A stretch of DNA of 56,067 nt, from NCBI GenBank assembly GCA_025965935.1, contig JAOPVZ010000308.1, forward strand, positions 1 to 56,067. The letters are read 5' to 3'. Each line of letters opens with the position of its first letter. The first letter of the stretch is position 1. The notes under the pieces were generated by a model that saw only the letters and a program-made list of their open reading frames with translations, was not told where the DNA came from and did not search any database. This document shows positions 36,571 through 45,043 of the stretch, in pieces. Source of the DNA: Frankiales bacterium (lineage in GTDB: Bacteria; Actinomycetota; Actinomycetes; Mycobacteriales; SCTD01). A program made the position numbers and the translations under genes.

Positions 36571-37338
36571 ATGACGGGACCCACCCCGGCAGGTGACGGG
36601 GCCGTCTCTGGCTACGGCATCGCCGACGCGGGGATGGCAATGAGCCTGGTGGAGATCGCGCGCGTCCTGCTGGCGCCTGGCAGCGTCGCGCAGATCCTGG
36701 AGCGAATCGTCGTCCTCTCGATGGCCGCGATCGATGGCTGTGACGCCGCTGGGTTGTGCCTCCACGCAGGCCCTTCGACCGAACTGGGGCTCGTGGGCGG
36801 CGACGTGCTGACCGCGCTGGACGCGGCGCAGCACGAGGTCGGCGAGGGGCCCTGCGTCGACGTGCTGGCAGGCGCCGACAGCGCGTATGTCGCCGAGCTG
36901 ATGGACAGCAGCCGCTGGCCAGAGTTCGCGCCCCGTGCGACTGCGGCCGGGATGCGCTCCGCCCTGGCTTACCGGCTCGCGAACGGGTCGGTCACCCTCG
37001 GTGGGCTGCAGATGTACGCGCACCTGCCGGCGGCCTTCAGCGCCACTGATCGCGCGCAGGGCCTGCTGTTCGCCGCGCACGCCGGGATGGCTCTGGCCAA
37101 CGCCCAAGCGCAGGCCGAAGCGGATGACCGGCGGACCAACCTGCATGCGGCGATGTTGTCGCGTGAGGTCATTGGGCAGGCCCAGGGCATCCTGATGGAA
37201 CGAGAGCGGATCACTGCAGAGCAGGCCTTCCACCTGCTCAGGAAGGCATCGCAGGGTCTCAACCGCAAGCTCAGGGACGTCGCCCAGGAGCTCGTAGACA
37301 CCGGCACGGTCCCGGGAGAGCGCGATGAACAGCGGTGA
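36571..37338 (+). CDS. GAF-ANTAR regulator
   Basis: GAF (HEVGEGPCVDV) and ANTAR (MLSREVIGQAQGILMERERITAEQAF). GC-rich third codon positions begin near the ATG at 36571. The ATG at 36634 is an alternative start. Confidence 0.75.
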   Translation: MTGPTPAGDGAVSGYGIADAGMAMSLVEIARVLLAPGSVAQILERIVVLSMAAIDGCDAAGLCLHAGPSTELGLVGGDVLTALDAAQHEVGEGPCVDVLAGADSAYVAELMDSSRWPEFAPRATAAGMRSALAYRLANGSVTLGGLQMYAHLPAAFSATDRAQGLLFAAHAGMALANAQAQAEADDRRTNLHAAMLSREVIGQAQGILMERERITAEQAFHLLRKASQGLNRKLRDVAQELVDTGTVPGERDEQR

Positions 37339-37341
37339 CGG

Positions 37342-37971
37342 CTACGTGGTGCGCGTCGCGAAGACGATCACGTTGTCGAGGTAGTGGCCGGTCCCCTGGT
37401 CCAAGCGGCCGCCGCACGTGATGAGGCGCAGCTCCGGGTCGCTGGTGTCGCCGTAGACGAGCGCCGTCGGGAAGTCCTTCTTGGCGACTCGGACCACCTT
37501 CCGCACCGTGAAGCGGATGACGCGTCCGTCGGCTCCGGTGACAAGCACTTGCTCTGCCACCCGGACCGCGCCGAGCCGGAAGAACACAGACGGCCCGCCG
37601 TGCGCGGAGTCGACGTGACCGACGATGATGGCCGGCCCGCCCGATCCTGGGGTGGGCGAGTAGCGGTACCAGCCGGCTCGGTCGTAGTCCGGACCTGGCG
37701 CGGGCACTGCCACCGTGCCGTCCTTGGCCTGTCCGAGAGCCAGCAACGACGAGTCGATGCCGAGCGCGGGGACTTGTAGCCGGACCGGGCGGGCGGCCGC
37801 CGGTGCCGGCTGCGCGGACGGCTCCGTGGGGGCCGGCAGCTGGATCGCCGAAGGGACCGTGAGCGGTGGCTCCATCCGTACCGGGTGCTGACCGTGGAAG
37901 AGCAGGATCAGACCGGCCCCGCCGAGCACCGCGCTGGCAGTCAGACGACCCGCGCGCCAGTGGGACGTCAC
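37342..37971 (-). CDS. Class F sortase
   Basis: The GTG at 37971 overlaps the upstream stop (GTGA). It has an N-terminal TM anchor, the catalytic His (IIVGHVDS), the Cys motif LRLITCGG, and a C-terminal Arg. Confidence 0.8.
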   Translation of the reverse strand: MTSHWRAGRLTASAVLGGAGLILLFHGQHPVRMEPPLTVPSAIQLPAPTEPSAQPAPAAARPVRLQVPALGIDSSLLALGQAKDGTVAVPAPGPDYDRAGWYRYSPTPGSGGPAIIVGHVDSAHGGPSVFFRLGAVRVAEQVLVTGADGRVIRFTVRKVVRVAKKDFPTALVYGDTSDPELRLITCGGRLDQGTGHYLDNVIVFATRTT

Positions 37972-38927
37972 AGCACTCGGCGGTGACCGCGGCGCCTGAG
38001 GAGGGCCACATTCATCCCGGCGGCCAGCAGCAGTCCGACGGCCAGCACTGACCGCAGGGTGTGGGGCCGACCGGCGGTGGACCCGCCGCCCGTCTGAACG
38101 CCGCCTGTCGGGACGCGAGTGACCTGTGCGGTGTCGGTGACTGTCGAGGGGGACGGCACGCTCGCGGGGACGGGGGTGCTGGGCGTGTCGGAAGGAATGG
38201 CAGCGGGGCTGGCGGATGGCGTCGGCGTCGCGCTTACCGCGATCACGCGGGTCAGGATGCTCACGCTGCAGCTGACCGTGCTTCCCCCGGGGTTGCCGGA
38301 GCCGTTGCACTGGTTGACCGTGATCGGGACCGCCGCGCTGATCGTGGATGCCGAGGCGACGTCGCAGCTCACCGTGGCGCCGCCGCCGTTGGCCGAGCCA
38401 TTGCACTGGGTCACGGTGGCACCGGTGGTGTTTGCCGGGTACGGCGAGCAGTTCGTGGTGCCGCCGCCGCCATTGCCCGAGCCGACGCACTGGTTCACCG
38501 TCGCCGCGGACAGCGGGAGCGCACCAGGAGTATCGGAGCTGATGTCGTTGAGGATCGTGACGCTGCACGTGATGGGGTGAGCTGCGTCGTTGTCCGAGCC
38601 GTTGCACTGGTCGACGCTGGTGACGAGGCTCGTCGAGGTCGTCGTGAACGTCCCGTTGCCCGGCGGGCAGGGTCCGAGGGCGCACTGTCGCGTCACGGTG
38701 GTGGTCGACCCGACCGTGCCGCCGCTGATCGTGTTCACCACCTGCACCGTGCAGGTCATCGCTGTCGTGGCACCGCTGGCGCTCGGCCCGATGCCGTTGC
38801 ACTGGTTGATGCCGATCGCCGCCGCCTGGGCCGGCACGGATGACAGCGCCAGCATGGCGAGCAGGGCCGCGCAGAGGAGGGCGAAACAGGCTGACAACGA
38901 ACGGACGAGGGCGCGAGGAGAGGCCAT
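37968..38927 (-). CDS. Secreted Cys-repeat surface protein with a C-terminal sorting-signal-like tail
   Basis: Signal peptide ending AQA, six Cys pairs (five of them in QC(N/V)G-x-C modules), a Pro/Ser/Thr linker, then VPTGG/VQTGG, a hydrophobic segment and RRRGHRR. Confidence 0.7.
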   Translation of the reverse strand: MASPRALVRSLSACFALLCAALLAMLALSSVPAQAAAIGINQCNGIGPSASGATTAMTCTVQVVNTISGGTVGSTTTVTRQCALGPCPPGNGTFTTTSTSLVTSVDQCNGSDNDAAHPITCSVTILNDISSDTPGALPLSAATVNQCVGSGNGGGGTTNCSPYPANTTGATVTQCNGSANGGGATVSCDVASASTISAAVPITVNQCNGSGNPGGSTVSCSVSILTRVIAVSATPTPSASPAAIPSDTPSTPVPASVPSPSTVTDTAQVTRVPTGGVQTGGGSTAGRPHTLRSVLAVGLLLAAGMNVALLRRRGHRRVL

Positions 38928-39169
38928 GGGGCGACGATCCCGTTCTGTACGAACGTGGCGAGTCACGAGCAACGAGTCACGAAGGCGGATGGGCCGATGC
39001 GACGGGCGGCTCGGCGGAGGCGAAAACGTCATCCCCGTGCGGCGCAACAAGGGAGGCATCGACGCATTCGTCACTCAACTGAAGGCCTACGCCCTATTGC
39101 TCCCCACCCGCTACCTCGGGCAGGTGTCGGCCCGCGCCCGACGAAGGCGGAGTCCGCCGGGACCGCCTG

Positions 39170-40240
39170 TCAGGGCGCCGTCCCGGCGAACGCGTCGGTC
39201 ATCGGGGCCGCAACTGCCGCGAGGTTCAGGTGCTCGGAGATGCCGAAGCTGTCCTCTATCGTCCGCAGCAGGCTGTGGTGGTCGTAGCTCGTGGTCACGA
39301 CCTTGCCTTGGGGGAGCCGGGGCGAGATGAGAACGGCCCCCGTCCGTCCGCCGGCGCCGAGTGAGGCGCAGGCGGGGCAGGAGTAGTCGCTCGGCGCGGC
39401 GAGGGCCGCCGCGGCACTGGTCGGCGTGCTGCCCTCGTCGAAGTTGATGACAAGCAAGCCGTTGTTGGCAGCGAGGTAGTCCAGCAGGGGCGGCAGTTGC
39501 GCCTGCAGCCACGCGTCAGCCGCGGTGAGGCCTCCGACGGTCTGCCCGGCGCAAGGGTCGTCGTGGCCGTCGTTGCAGGTGTCCGGCGTGATGAACGAGA
39601 AGGCCGGCAGCAAGCCGGCAGCCAGGTCCGCGGACAGGTCGGTGTATGGCCGCTGGTGCGCGGCGCATCGAGCCGCGTTCTCGATGACGTCAGGGAAGTA
39701 GATGAAGGGGTTGTGGCGGTCGGCGTAGTTCTTGGCGCCGGTGGTGCTGTTGCCCTGGTAGGGGTCGGGTGTCAAGTCACCAGCGGCGTACGGCCCGTGG
39801 AAGCACGGCGTGCTCGTGCTGTCCTGGTAGCTCTTCCAAGACAGCCCCGCGCCCTCGAGCTGGTCGGCCAGGTTGCGCCCGCCTGACAGAGCGGCCTGCG
39901 GCTGCACGCACGTCCAGAGGCTGACCGTGCTGCAGTCGCTGGCAGTCAGCGGGTTGAGCGGCTGCCCCGAGACCATCGCGATGTAGTTGTCCAGGCTGAC
40001 GTGGCCGGTGCCGTAGTAGTTGGGCAGGAAGACGCCCTTGCTGCGCAGGCTGTTGAGGTAGACGGCGGGGCTGCCGGGACCGAACGTCGTCGACGCGGAC
40101 TCGTTCTCCTCGGTGAGCACGACGACGTGGTCGAAGTGCGGCACGCCCTCCAGCGCGGGCCCGGTCGCAGCCTGTGCCGTGCCCGGGCCCTGCAGCGTGG
40201 CCGCGACCAGGGCGACGACGGCCAGACAGATCTTCCTCAA
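39170..40240 (-). CDS. Secreted phosphoesterase family protein (PLC/AcpA-type)
   Basis: AAGGAG lies 6 nt upstream of the TTG at 40240. It has a signal peptide ending AQA, and HVVVLTEENES is a phosphoesterase-family motif. Confidence 0.65.
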   Translation of the reverse strand: MRKICLAVVALVAATLQGPGTAQAATGPALEGVPHFDHVVVLTEENESASTTFGPGSPAVYLNSLRSKGVFLPNYYGTGHVSLDNYIAMVSGQPLNPLTASDCSTVSLWTCVQPQAALSGGRNLADQLEGAGLSWKSYQDSTSTPCFHGPYAAGDLTPDPYQGNSTTGAKNYADRHNPFIYFPDVIENAARCAAHQRPYTDLSADLAAGLLPAFSFITPDTCNDGHDDPCAGQTVGGLTAADAWLQAQLPPLLDYLAANNGLLVINFDEGSTPTSAAAALAAPSDYSCPACASLGAGGRTGAVLISPRLPQGKVVTTSYDHHSLLRTIEDSFGISEHLNLAAVAAPMTDAFAGTAP

Positions 40241-40518
40241 GAGGCGCTCCTTCAGTTGCGTTGCCGGTACAACGTCCCAACGGCTCGTCCCTCGCGGTGG
40301 CGAGCTGCCAGACCACCGTAAAGGGGACAGAGGCGCGTGCGAGGGCCAGGGTGATCGTCCGCGACGGTCCGGGGTGCGCGCTTCGCCGTTGGTCAGTGAG
40401 GTCGTTGGCCACCACCGGCCGGACCTGCACACGTCCATGGGGTGAGATCCACCATCCACGACACCGTCCTGAAGGCGCGCAGAACCTGATCAGACACCGC
40501 GGGGGGCGGAGTCGCGGG

Positions 40519-42495
40519 CTACCAGTCGGTACGTGCGATGGCCGACGGAACCTCCTGCGGGGGCAACGGCCGTGCGAACAGGTAACCCTGTCCCTGGTTG
40601 CAGCCGATCTGTTGCAGGCGGAGGAGTTGCTCGGTCGTCTCGATCCCTTCGGCGACGGAGCGCAGGCCGAGGTTGGCGGCTAGGTCCACCACGGCAGCGA
40701 CGATGCCTTCGTCCTCCTTGTCGGTGAGAAGGCGTTGCACGAAGGACCGGTCAATCTTGACGAACGAGAGCGGCAGCCTGCGAAGGTGCGTCAGGGATGC
40801 GTATCCGGTTCCGAAGTCGTCCAGGCCGATTTCGACGCCCAGATCCCTGATCTGACCCAGCTGGTTCAGGATGTCGGGGCGAAGGTCGAAGACGGCGGTC
40901 TCGGTGAGTTCGAGACTCAAGCAGGTCGCATCCAGGCCCGATTCCTCGAGGCTGCTCTGCACCAACATCGTGAGGTCTCCAGGCCCGAGCTGCCGCACGG
41001 AGACGTTGACGGCGATCGTCAAGCGTTCCTCAACTCGTGCCCTCTGCCATTCGGCAGTCGCCTCACATGCGAGGCGCAGGACCTGCGCTCCCAGCGGGTT
41101 GATGAGCCCGCTTTCCTCTGCCACGGCGATGAAGGACGGCGGGAGCAGCATGGAGCCGTCGTGCTGGGAGATGCGGGCAAGTGCTTCGAGGCCCGAGACG
41201 ACTCCGGTGGCGAGGTCCACGATCGGTTGGTATCGGACGACGACGCGGTGGTCGTCGATGGCGGCTTGCAGCATCCGCTGCGCGGCGCTCCGTTGTTCGA
41301 CGCGACGGCCCAACGCCGCGTCGAAGGTCTCAACCCGCCCGCCACCCAACGACTTGGCGTGGTACATGGCCGTGTCGGCTTCCTTGATCAGGATCTCAGC
41401 CGTCCCTCGTCCCTCCGTTGAGATGGCGATTCCGACGCTTCCGGAAAGAGGCGTTGCGGGGTCGAGTTCGTCCCCCATGTCGCTCAGTCCGGCGACGAGG
41501 CGCTTACCGAGGCCGACGACGTCGAAGTTGTTGTCGACATCGGGGGCCAGGACGACGAACTCGTCGCCGCCGATGCGAGCGATGGTGTCCATCGGTCGGA
41601 GACTTGCTGCGAGCCTGTCGGCGGCGATTCGCAACGCCGCATCTCCGGCGGCGTGGCCGTAGGAGTCATTGATGTTCTTGAAGCTGTCGAGGTCGACGAA
41701 CAAGACGACGGTGCGTCGATTGGTGCGCTGAGCATGCGCGAGGGCCTGGTCGATCCGGTCCACCACGAGCGCTCGGTTGGGCAGACCAGTCAGGGCGTCG
41801 TGCGTGGCTTGCATCGTGAGGGCAGCTTGCGCGTCCTGCAGGTCCGTCATCCGCTCGGCCTGATCCATGCTGAGCTGTGCGATCACGCGGTCCTGAGTTC
41901 TCTGGGCGCGGAGGTCGGTGAACGTGAGACACGTGAGCCCCTCGCCATCTGCATCCAGTGGTGAGCTCCCGACAAGAACAGGGACGACCAATCCGGCAGA
42001 GTCGACCAAGTCGAGCTCGACAGTTGCGCCGAGTCCGCTCGGACCTCGCACCTCGTGCAGATCGATGGGGTCGGCCCCTCCGCCGAAGGTCGCAAGTGGC
42101 AACCCCACCAGCGACTCCCGTGGGCAGGACAGGAGTTCGGCCAGTCGTCTGTTGGCATACAGGATGATGCCGCTCAACGAGACCGTTGCGGCTCCTTCAC
42201 GCATGTTCTCCACGAACACCCGGTACGGTCGATCGGCAGTCGACAGCGTGAAGACACGCTGGCTGTCCGCTCCGTCGGAGACGACAAAGGCATCCACCTC
42301 GCCCGCGCCGATGGCTCGCAGGGTCTCCTCCGCTTCCGCAAGGCAGATCAGAGCGTCGGCAAGCATCCTCTGCGCTTCGTCCAAGGCGTCTGCCATCGCA
42401 TCGACATCCGCCAGTCCGGTGCCCATGCCCTGGCGTAGGCCACCACCAGCCGGCTGGGACTGCGAACGCCGGGGAAAGGGCAGACGTGGGGTCAT
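40519..42495 (-). CDS. PAS-GGDEF-EAL c-di-GMP turnover protein (last gene of the kai operon)
   Basis: PAS region, I-site RPMD followed by a canonical GGDEF, and an intact-looking EAL (EALARI, ELTE, DDFGTGYAS, KIDRSFV, EGIET). The ATG at 42495 overlaps the kaiB stop (ATGA). Confidence 0.85.
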   Translation of the reverse strand: MTPRLPFPRRSQSQPAGGGLRQGMGTGLADVDAMADALDEAQRMLADALICLAEAEETLRAIGAGEVDAFVVSDGADSQRVFTLSTADRPYRVFVENMREGAATVSLSGIILYANRRLAELLSCPRESLVGLPLATFGGGADPIDLHEVRGPSGLGATVELDLVDSAGLVVPVLVGSSPLDADGEGLTCLTFTDLRAQRTQDRVIAQLSMDQAERMTDLQDAQAALTMQATHDALTGLPNRALVVDRIDQALAHAQRTNRRTVVLFVDLDSFKNINDSYGHAAGDAALRIAADRLAASLRPMDTIARIGGDEFVVLAPDVDNNFDVVGLGKRLVAGLSDMGDELDPATPLSGSVGIAISTEGRGTAEILIKEADTAMYHAKSLGGGRVETFDAALGRRVEQRSAAQRMLQAAIDDHRVVVRYQPIVDLATGVVSGLEALARISQHDGSMLLPPSFIAVAEESGLINPLGAQVLRLACEATAEWQRARVEERLTIAVNVSVRQLGPGDLTMLVQSSLEESGLDATCLSLELTETAVFDLRPDILNQLGQIRDLGVEIGLDDFGTGYASLTHLRRLPLSFVKIDRSFVQRLLTDKEDEGIVAAVVDLAANLGLRSVAEGIETTEQLLRLQQIGCNQGQGYLFARPLPPQEVPSAIARTDW

Positions 42496-42833
42496 GACGC
42501 TGCCAATGGGGTGTGTGCTGCGCGGCTCGCGTCGGGAAGCTCCAGCGCGAGAAGCACCTTGTGGACGTCCGAGAGGTCGCCGACATGCCTACGGACGGGG
42601 AGCGGCAAGGCCCTGACCAAGGTCGGCGACGCAAGCACCCCGCTGTCGACGGCCGCACCCGGGTCCTCGTTGAGATCGATGACCACGAGATGACTGTTCT
42701 GCACGTGACGCTCACACAGCTGCCGAGCATTCGTGATGGCGCGAGCCGAAAGGTTCGAGGCCCCGCTGACGAAGAGGGTCAGCTCTACGCCGGGGACGAC
42801 CGAGCCCGGGCGGTCAACCCGTGAGCTCGTCAC
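42492..42833 (-). CDS. kaiB: KaiB-family protein (divergent second copy)
   Basis: [15 protein letters not shown]...[21 protein letters not shown] matches the KaiB thioredoxin-like pattern. GTGA overlap with the first kaiB. Confidence 0.75.
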   Translation of the reverse strand: MTSSRVDRPGSVVPGVELTLFVSGASNLSARAITNARQLCERHVQNSHLVVIDLNEDPGAAVDSGVLASPTLVRALPLPVRRHVGDLSDVHKVLLALELPDASRAAHTPLAAS

Positions 42834-43147
42834 GCTGGTCGCAAGTGAAGGCCGGCAATGACCCGCTCGGTGTTGGACAGATCACCGATGATCTTGTGGC
42901 GCGGTTCGGGGAGCCGGCGCACCAGCGTGGGGATGGCGAGGATGTCGTCGCCCCGGGCGAGAGCGGGATACTCGACCAGGTCAATGATCTCGATCTCGTA
43001 GTGTCCGAGTAGGTATTGGTCGCACAGGCGCTTCAGATTGGCGTGTGCATGTAGAGACTTCGGCGACTGGCCTGCCACGTACAGGCGGAGGTACCAATGC
43101 TCGGCCCGCGAAGGATTGACGGGCTCTAGCCTGTCGATCGTGGTCAC
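42830..43147 (-). CDS. kaiB: KaiB circadian-clock-type protein
   Basis: [12 protein letters not shown]...[30 protein letters not shown] closely follows the KaiB consensus. GTGA overlap with the kaiC stop. Confidence 0.85.
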   Translation of the reverse strand: MTTIDRLEPVNPSRAEHWYLRLYVAGQSPKSLHAHANLKRLCDQYLLGHYEIEIIDLVEYPALARGDDILAIPTLVRRLPEPRHKIIGDLSNTERVIAGLHLRPA

Positions 43148-44928
43148 GTCAGCCCGCTGAGACTGTCCAGTGGTTCAGGTCCTTCTGCGAGCTCCGCGAT
43201 GTCCGCACGACGTAGCCGGCCCTGTTCTGCGCGCTGCCCGGCCTGGTCCTCGGTGCCGGTCGAACCATGGCTCAGCAGTCGGCCAACCATGTCGGCCTCG
43301 GTCTCGAACTCCCGCCACAGGGTGGCGGTCTGCGACTCGACGGATTCGCGACGCCGCTCCAGGTTGACCCGACGCTGCTCAAGGTCGTCAAGGCGGGCAG
43401 TGCCGTCGGACCGTTCCTTGGCCTCCTGAGCTTGACGGGCAGAGCCGGTGAGCACGCCATGCGGCCCGACGTAGACATCAACCAGCTCAATGCCTTGGCT
43501 GGTGATGTGGAACTCGCGGATCTGGTTTGAATGGGCCATCCCACGTGACTTGCGGACGTAGAGCACGCGGTTGTGCTCGCCATTGCCCTCCATGGTCTTC
43601 ACCAGGATCCAGGTGTCGACGAGCGAGGCGATGTGCTGGTCGGATCCGGTCGACTGCGCGTCCGCGTTCAGGCTGGTGAACAGCGATGTCACGCCCCTTG
43701 ACTTCAGGAAATCGACCTGCCTGGTCAGAAGCGCTGACACGTCCAACCCGGTGCCGACGCGCAGGAGGTCTGAGACAGGGTCTTTGACGACGACGGCTGG
43801 GTCGAACTCGCGGACGTACTTCTGCATGGCGAACAGGTGCGCCTCCAGCCCCAAGAGGCTGGGGCGGAAGCAGTGGAACTGCAGCAGTCCTGCATCGATC
43901 CAGCGCTGCAGGTGGATGCCGACCGAGGACATGTTTCGGACGATCTCCGCCTGGGACTCCTCGAACGCGAAGTACAAAGCCCGTGCTCCACGGCCGCAGC
44001 TCGCGTCGCAGAACTGCGCCGCCAACGTGGACTTGCCAGTACCGGCGGTGCCACTGATGAGCACGGCGCTGCCTTGGAAGAAGCCTCCGTCGCCGAACAT
44101 GGAGTCCAGACGGGGTACGCCGGTGGAGACCCGTCGCGACGACACGCCGTGCTGCAGCCCGAGCGACGTGATCGGGAGGACGGAGACGCCGGACTCGCCG
44201 ATGAGGAACGGGTACTCGTTCGTCCCGTGCAGGGAACCGCGGTACTTCAGGATCCGCAGTCGCCGGGTCGACGTCTGCTCCGTGACCCGGTGGTCGAGGA
44301 CGATCACGCAGTCCGAGACGTACTCCTCGATGCCATGACGCGTGAGCGTGCCGTCACCCCGCTCGCCGGTGATCACCGCCGTGATGCCGCGGTCCTTGAG
44401 CCATCTGAAAAGGCGCTGCAGTTCCGCGCGGAGGACGGCGGCGTTCGAGAACGCGCCGAACAGGTTCTCGATGGTGTCGATGACGATGCGCTTCGCGCCG
44501 ATCGAGTCGATGGCCTCGCCCAGGCGGAGGAACAACCCGTCGAGGTCCCAGTCCCCGGCATCCTCCATCTCGATCGCGGAGACCTGCACTTGGTCCATCA
44601 CGAGCTTGCCTTCGGCCTCCAGACGCCGCAGGTCGAAGCCCATCGATGCGACGTTGGCGACGAGGTCCTCAACGGTCTCTTCGAACGCCACGAACACCCC
44701 CGGCTCGTCGAACTCGGTGATCCCGCGGACAAGGAACTCCATGGCCAGCAGCGTCTTGCCGCAGCCGGCTGGGCCGCAGACAAGGGTGGGCCGTCCCCAC
44801 GGCAGCCCGCCACCGGTGACCTCGTCGAGCCCGCTGATGCCCGTCGGCGCCTTGGGCAACGTGGCTAGGTGGGGCTCTTGGCTGGCTCCGGTGGCATGCC
44901 CTGGAGTTGGTCGCTTCGAGGGAGACAT
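43144..44928 (-). CDS. kaiC: KaiC double-domain ATPase with a long C-terminal coiled-coil-like extension
   Basis: Two RecA-like halves, each with a Walker A ([16 protein letters not shown]) and a catalytic EE pair (AFEET, AFEES). The protein is 594 aa. GAGAGGA lies upstream of the ATG. Confidence 0.9.
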   Translation of the reverse strand: MSPSKRPTPGHATGASQEPHLATLPKAPTGISGLDEVTGGGLPWGRPTLVCGPAGCGKTLLAMEFLVRGITEFDEPGVFVAFEETVEDLVANVASMGFDLRRLEAEGKLVMDQVQVSAIEMEDAGDWDLDGLFLRLGEAIDSIGAKRIVIDTIENLFGAFSNAAVLRAELQRLFRWLKDRGITAVITGERGDGTLTRHGIEEYVSDCVIVLDHRVTEQTSTRRLRILKYRGSLHGTNEYPFLIGESGVSVLPITSLGLQHGVSSRRVSTGVPRLDSMFGDGGFFQGSAVLISGTAGTGKSTLAAQFCDASCGRGARALYFAFEESQAEIVRNMSSVGIHLQRWIDAGLLQFHCFRPSLLGLEAHLFAMQKYVREFDPAVVVKDPVSDLLRVGTGLDVSALLTRQVDFLKSRGVTSLFTSLNADAQSTGSDQHIASLVDTWILVKTMEGNGEHNRVLYVRKSRGMAHSNQIREFHITSQGIELVDVYVGPHGVLTGSARQAQEAKERSDGTARLDDLEQRRVNLERRRESVESQTATLWREFETEADMVGRLLSHGSTGTEDQAGQRAEQGRLRRADIAELAEGPEPLDSLSGLT

Positions 44929-45022
44929 GACGCGATTCCTCTCATAGAGGAGGCGTCGAGCCAGTTACGAGGGCGACGACCATTGCGTCGTATTTGGCCC
45001 TGCCAGGCGTCTCATTGCGTGC

Positions 45023-45043
45023 GCAACGGCAACCTTCCGTTGC
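45023..45043. promoter_or_regulatory. 7-bp stem hairpin in the kaiC upstream region
   Basis: GCAACGG, loop CAACCTT, then CCGTTGC, read directly about 100 nt upstream of the kaiC start. The 8-mer CATTGCGT occurs at 44981 and again at 45013. Confidence 0.3.

Noticed and set aside
40241-40518. Possible terminator or PHO-box between the kai-operon end and the downstream phosphoesterase gene.
   Set aside because: Only short, weak inverted repeats (5-bp stems) are present, with no U-tract, and I could not align any convincing GTTCA-type direct repeats.
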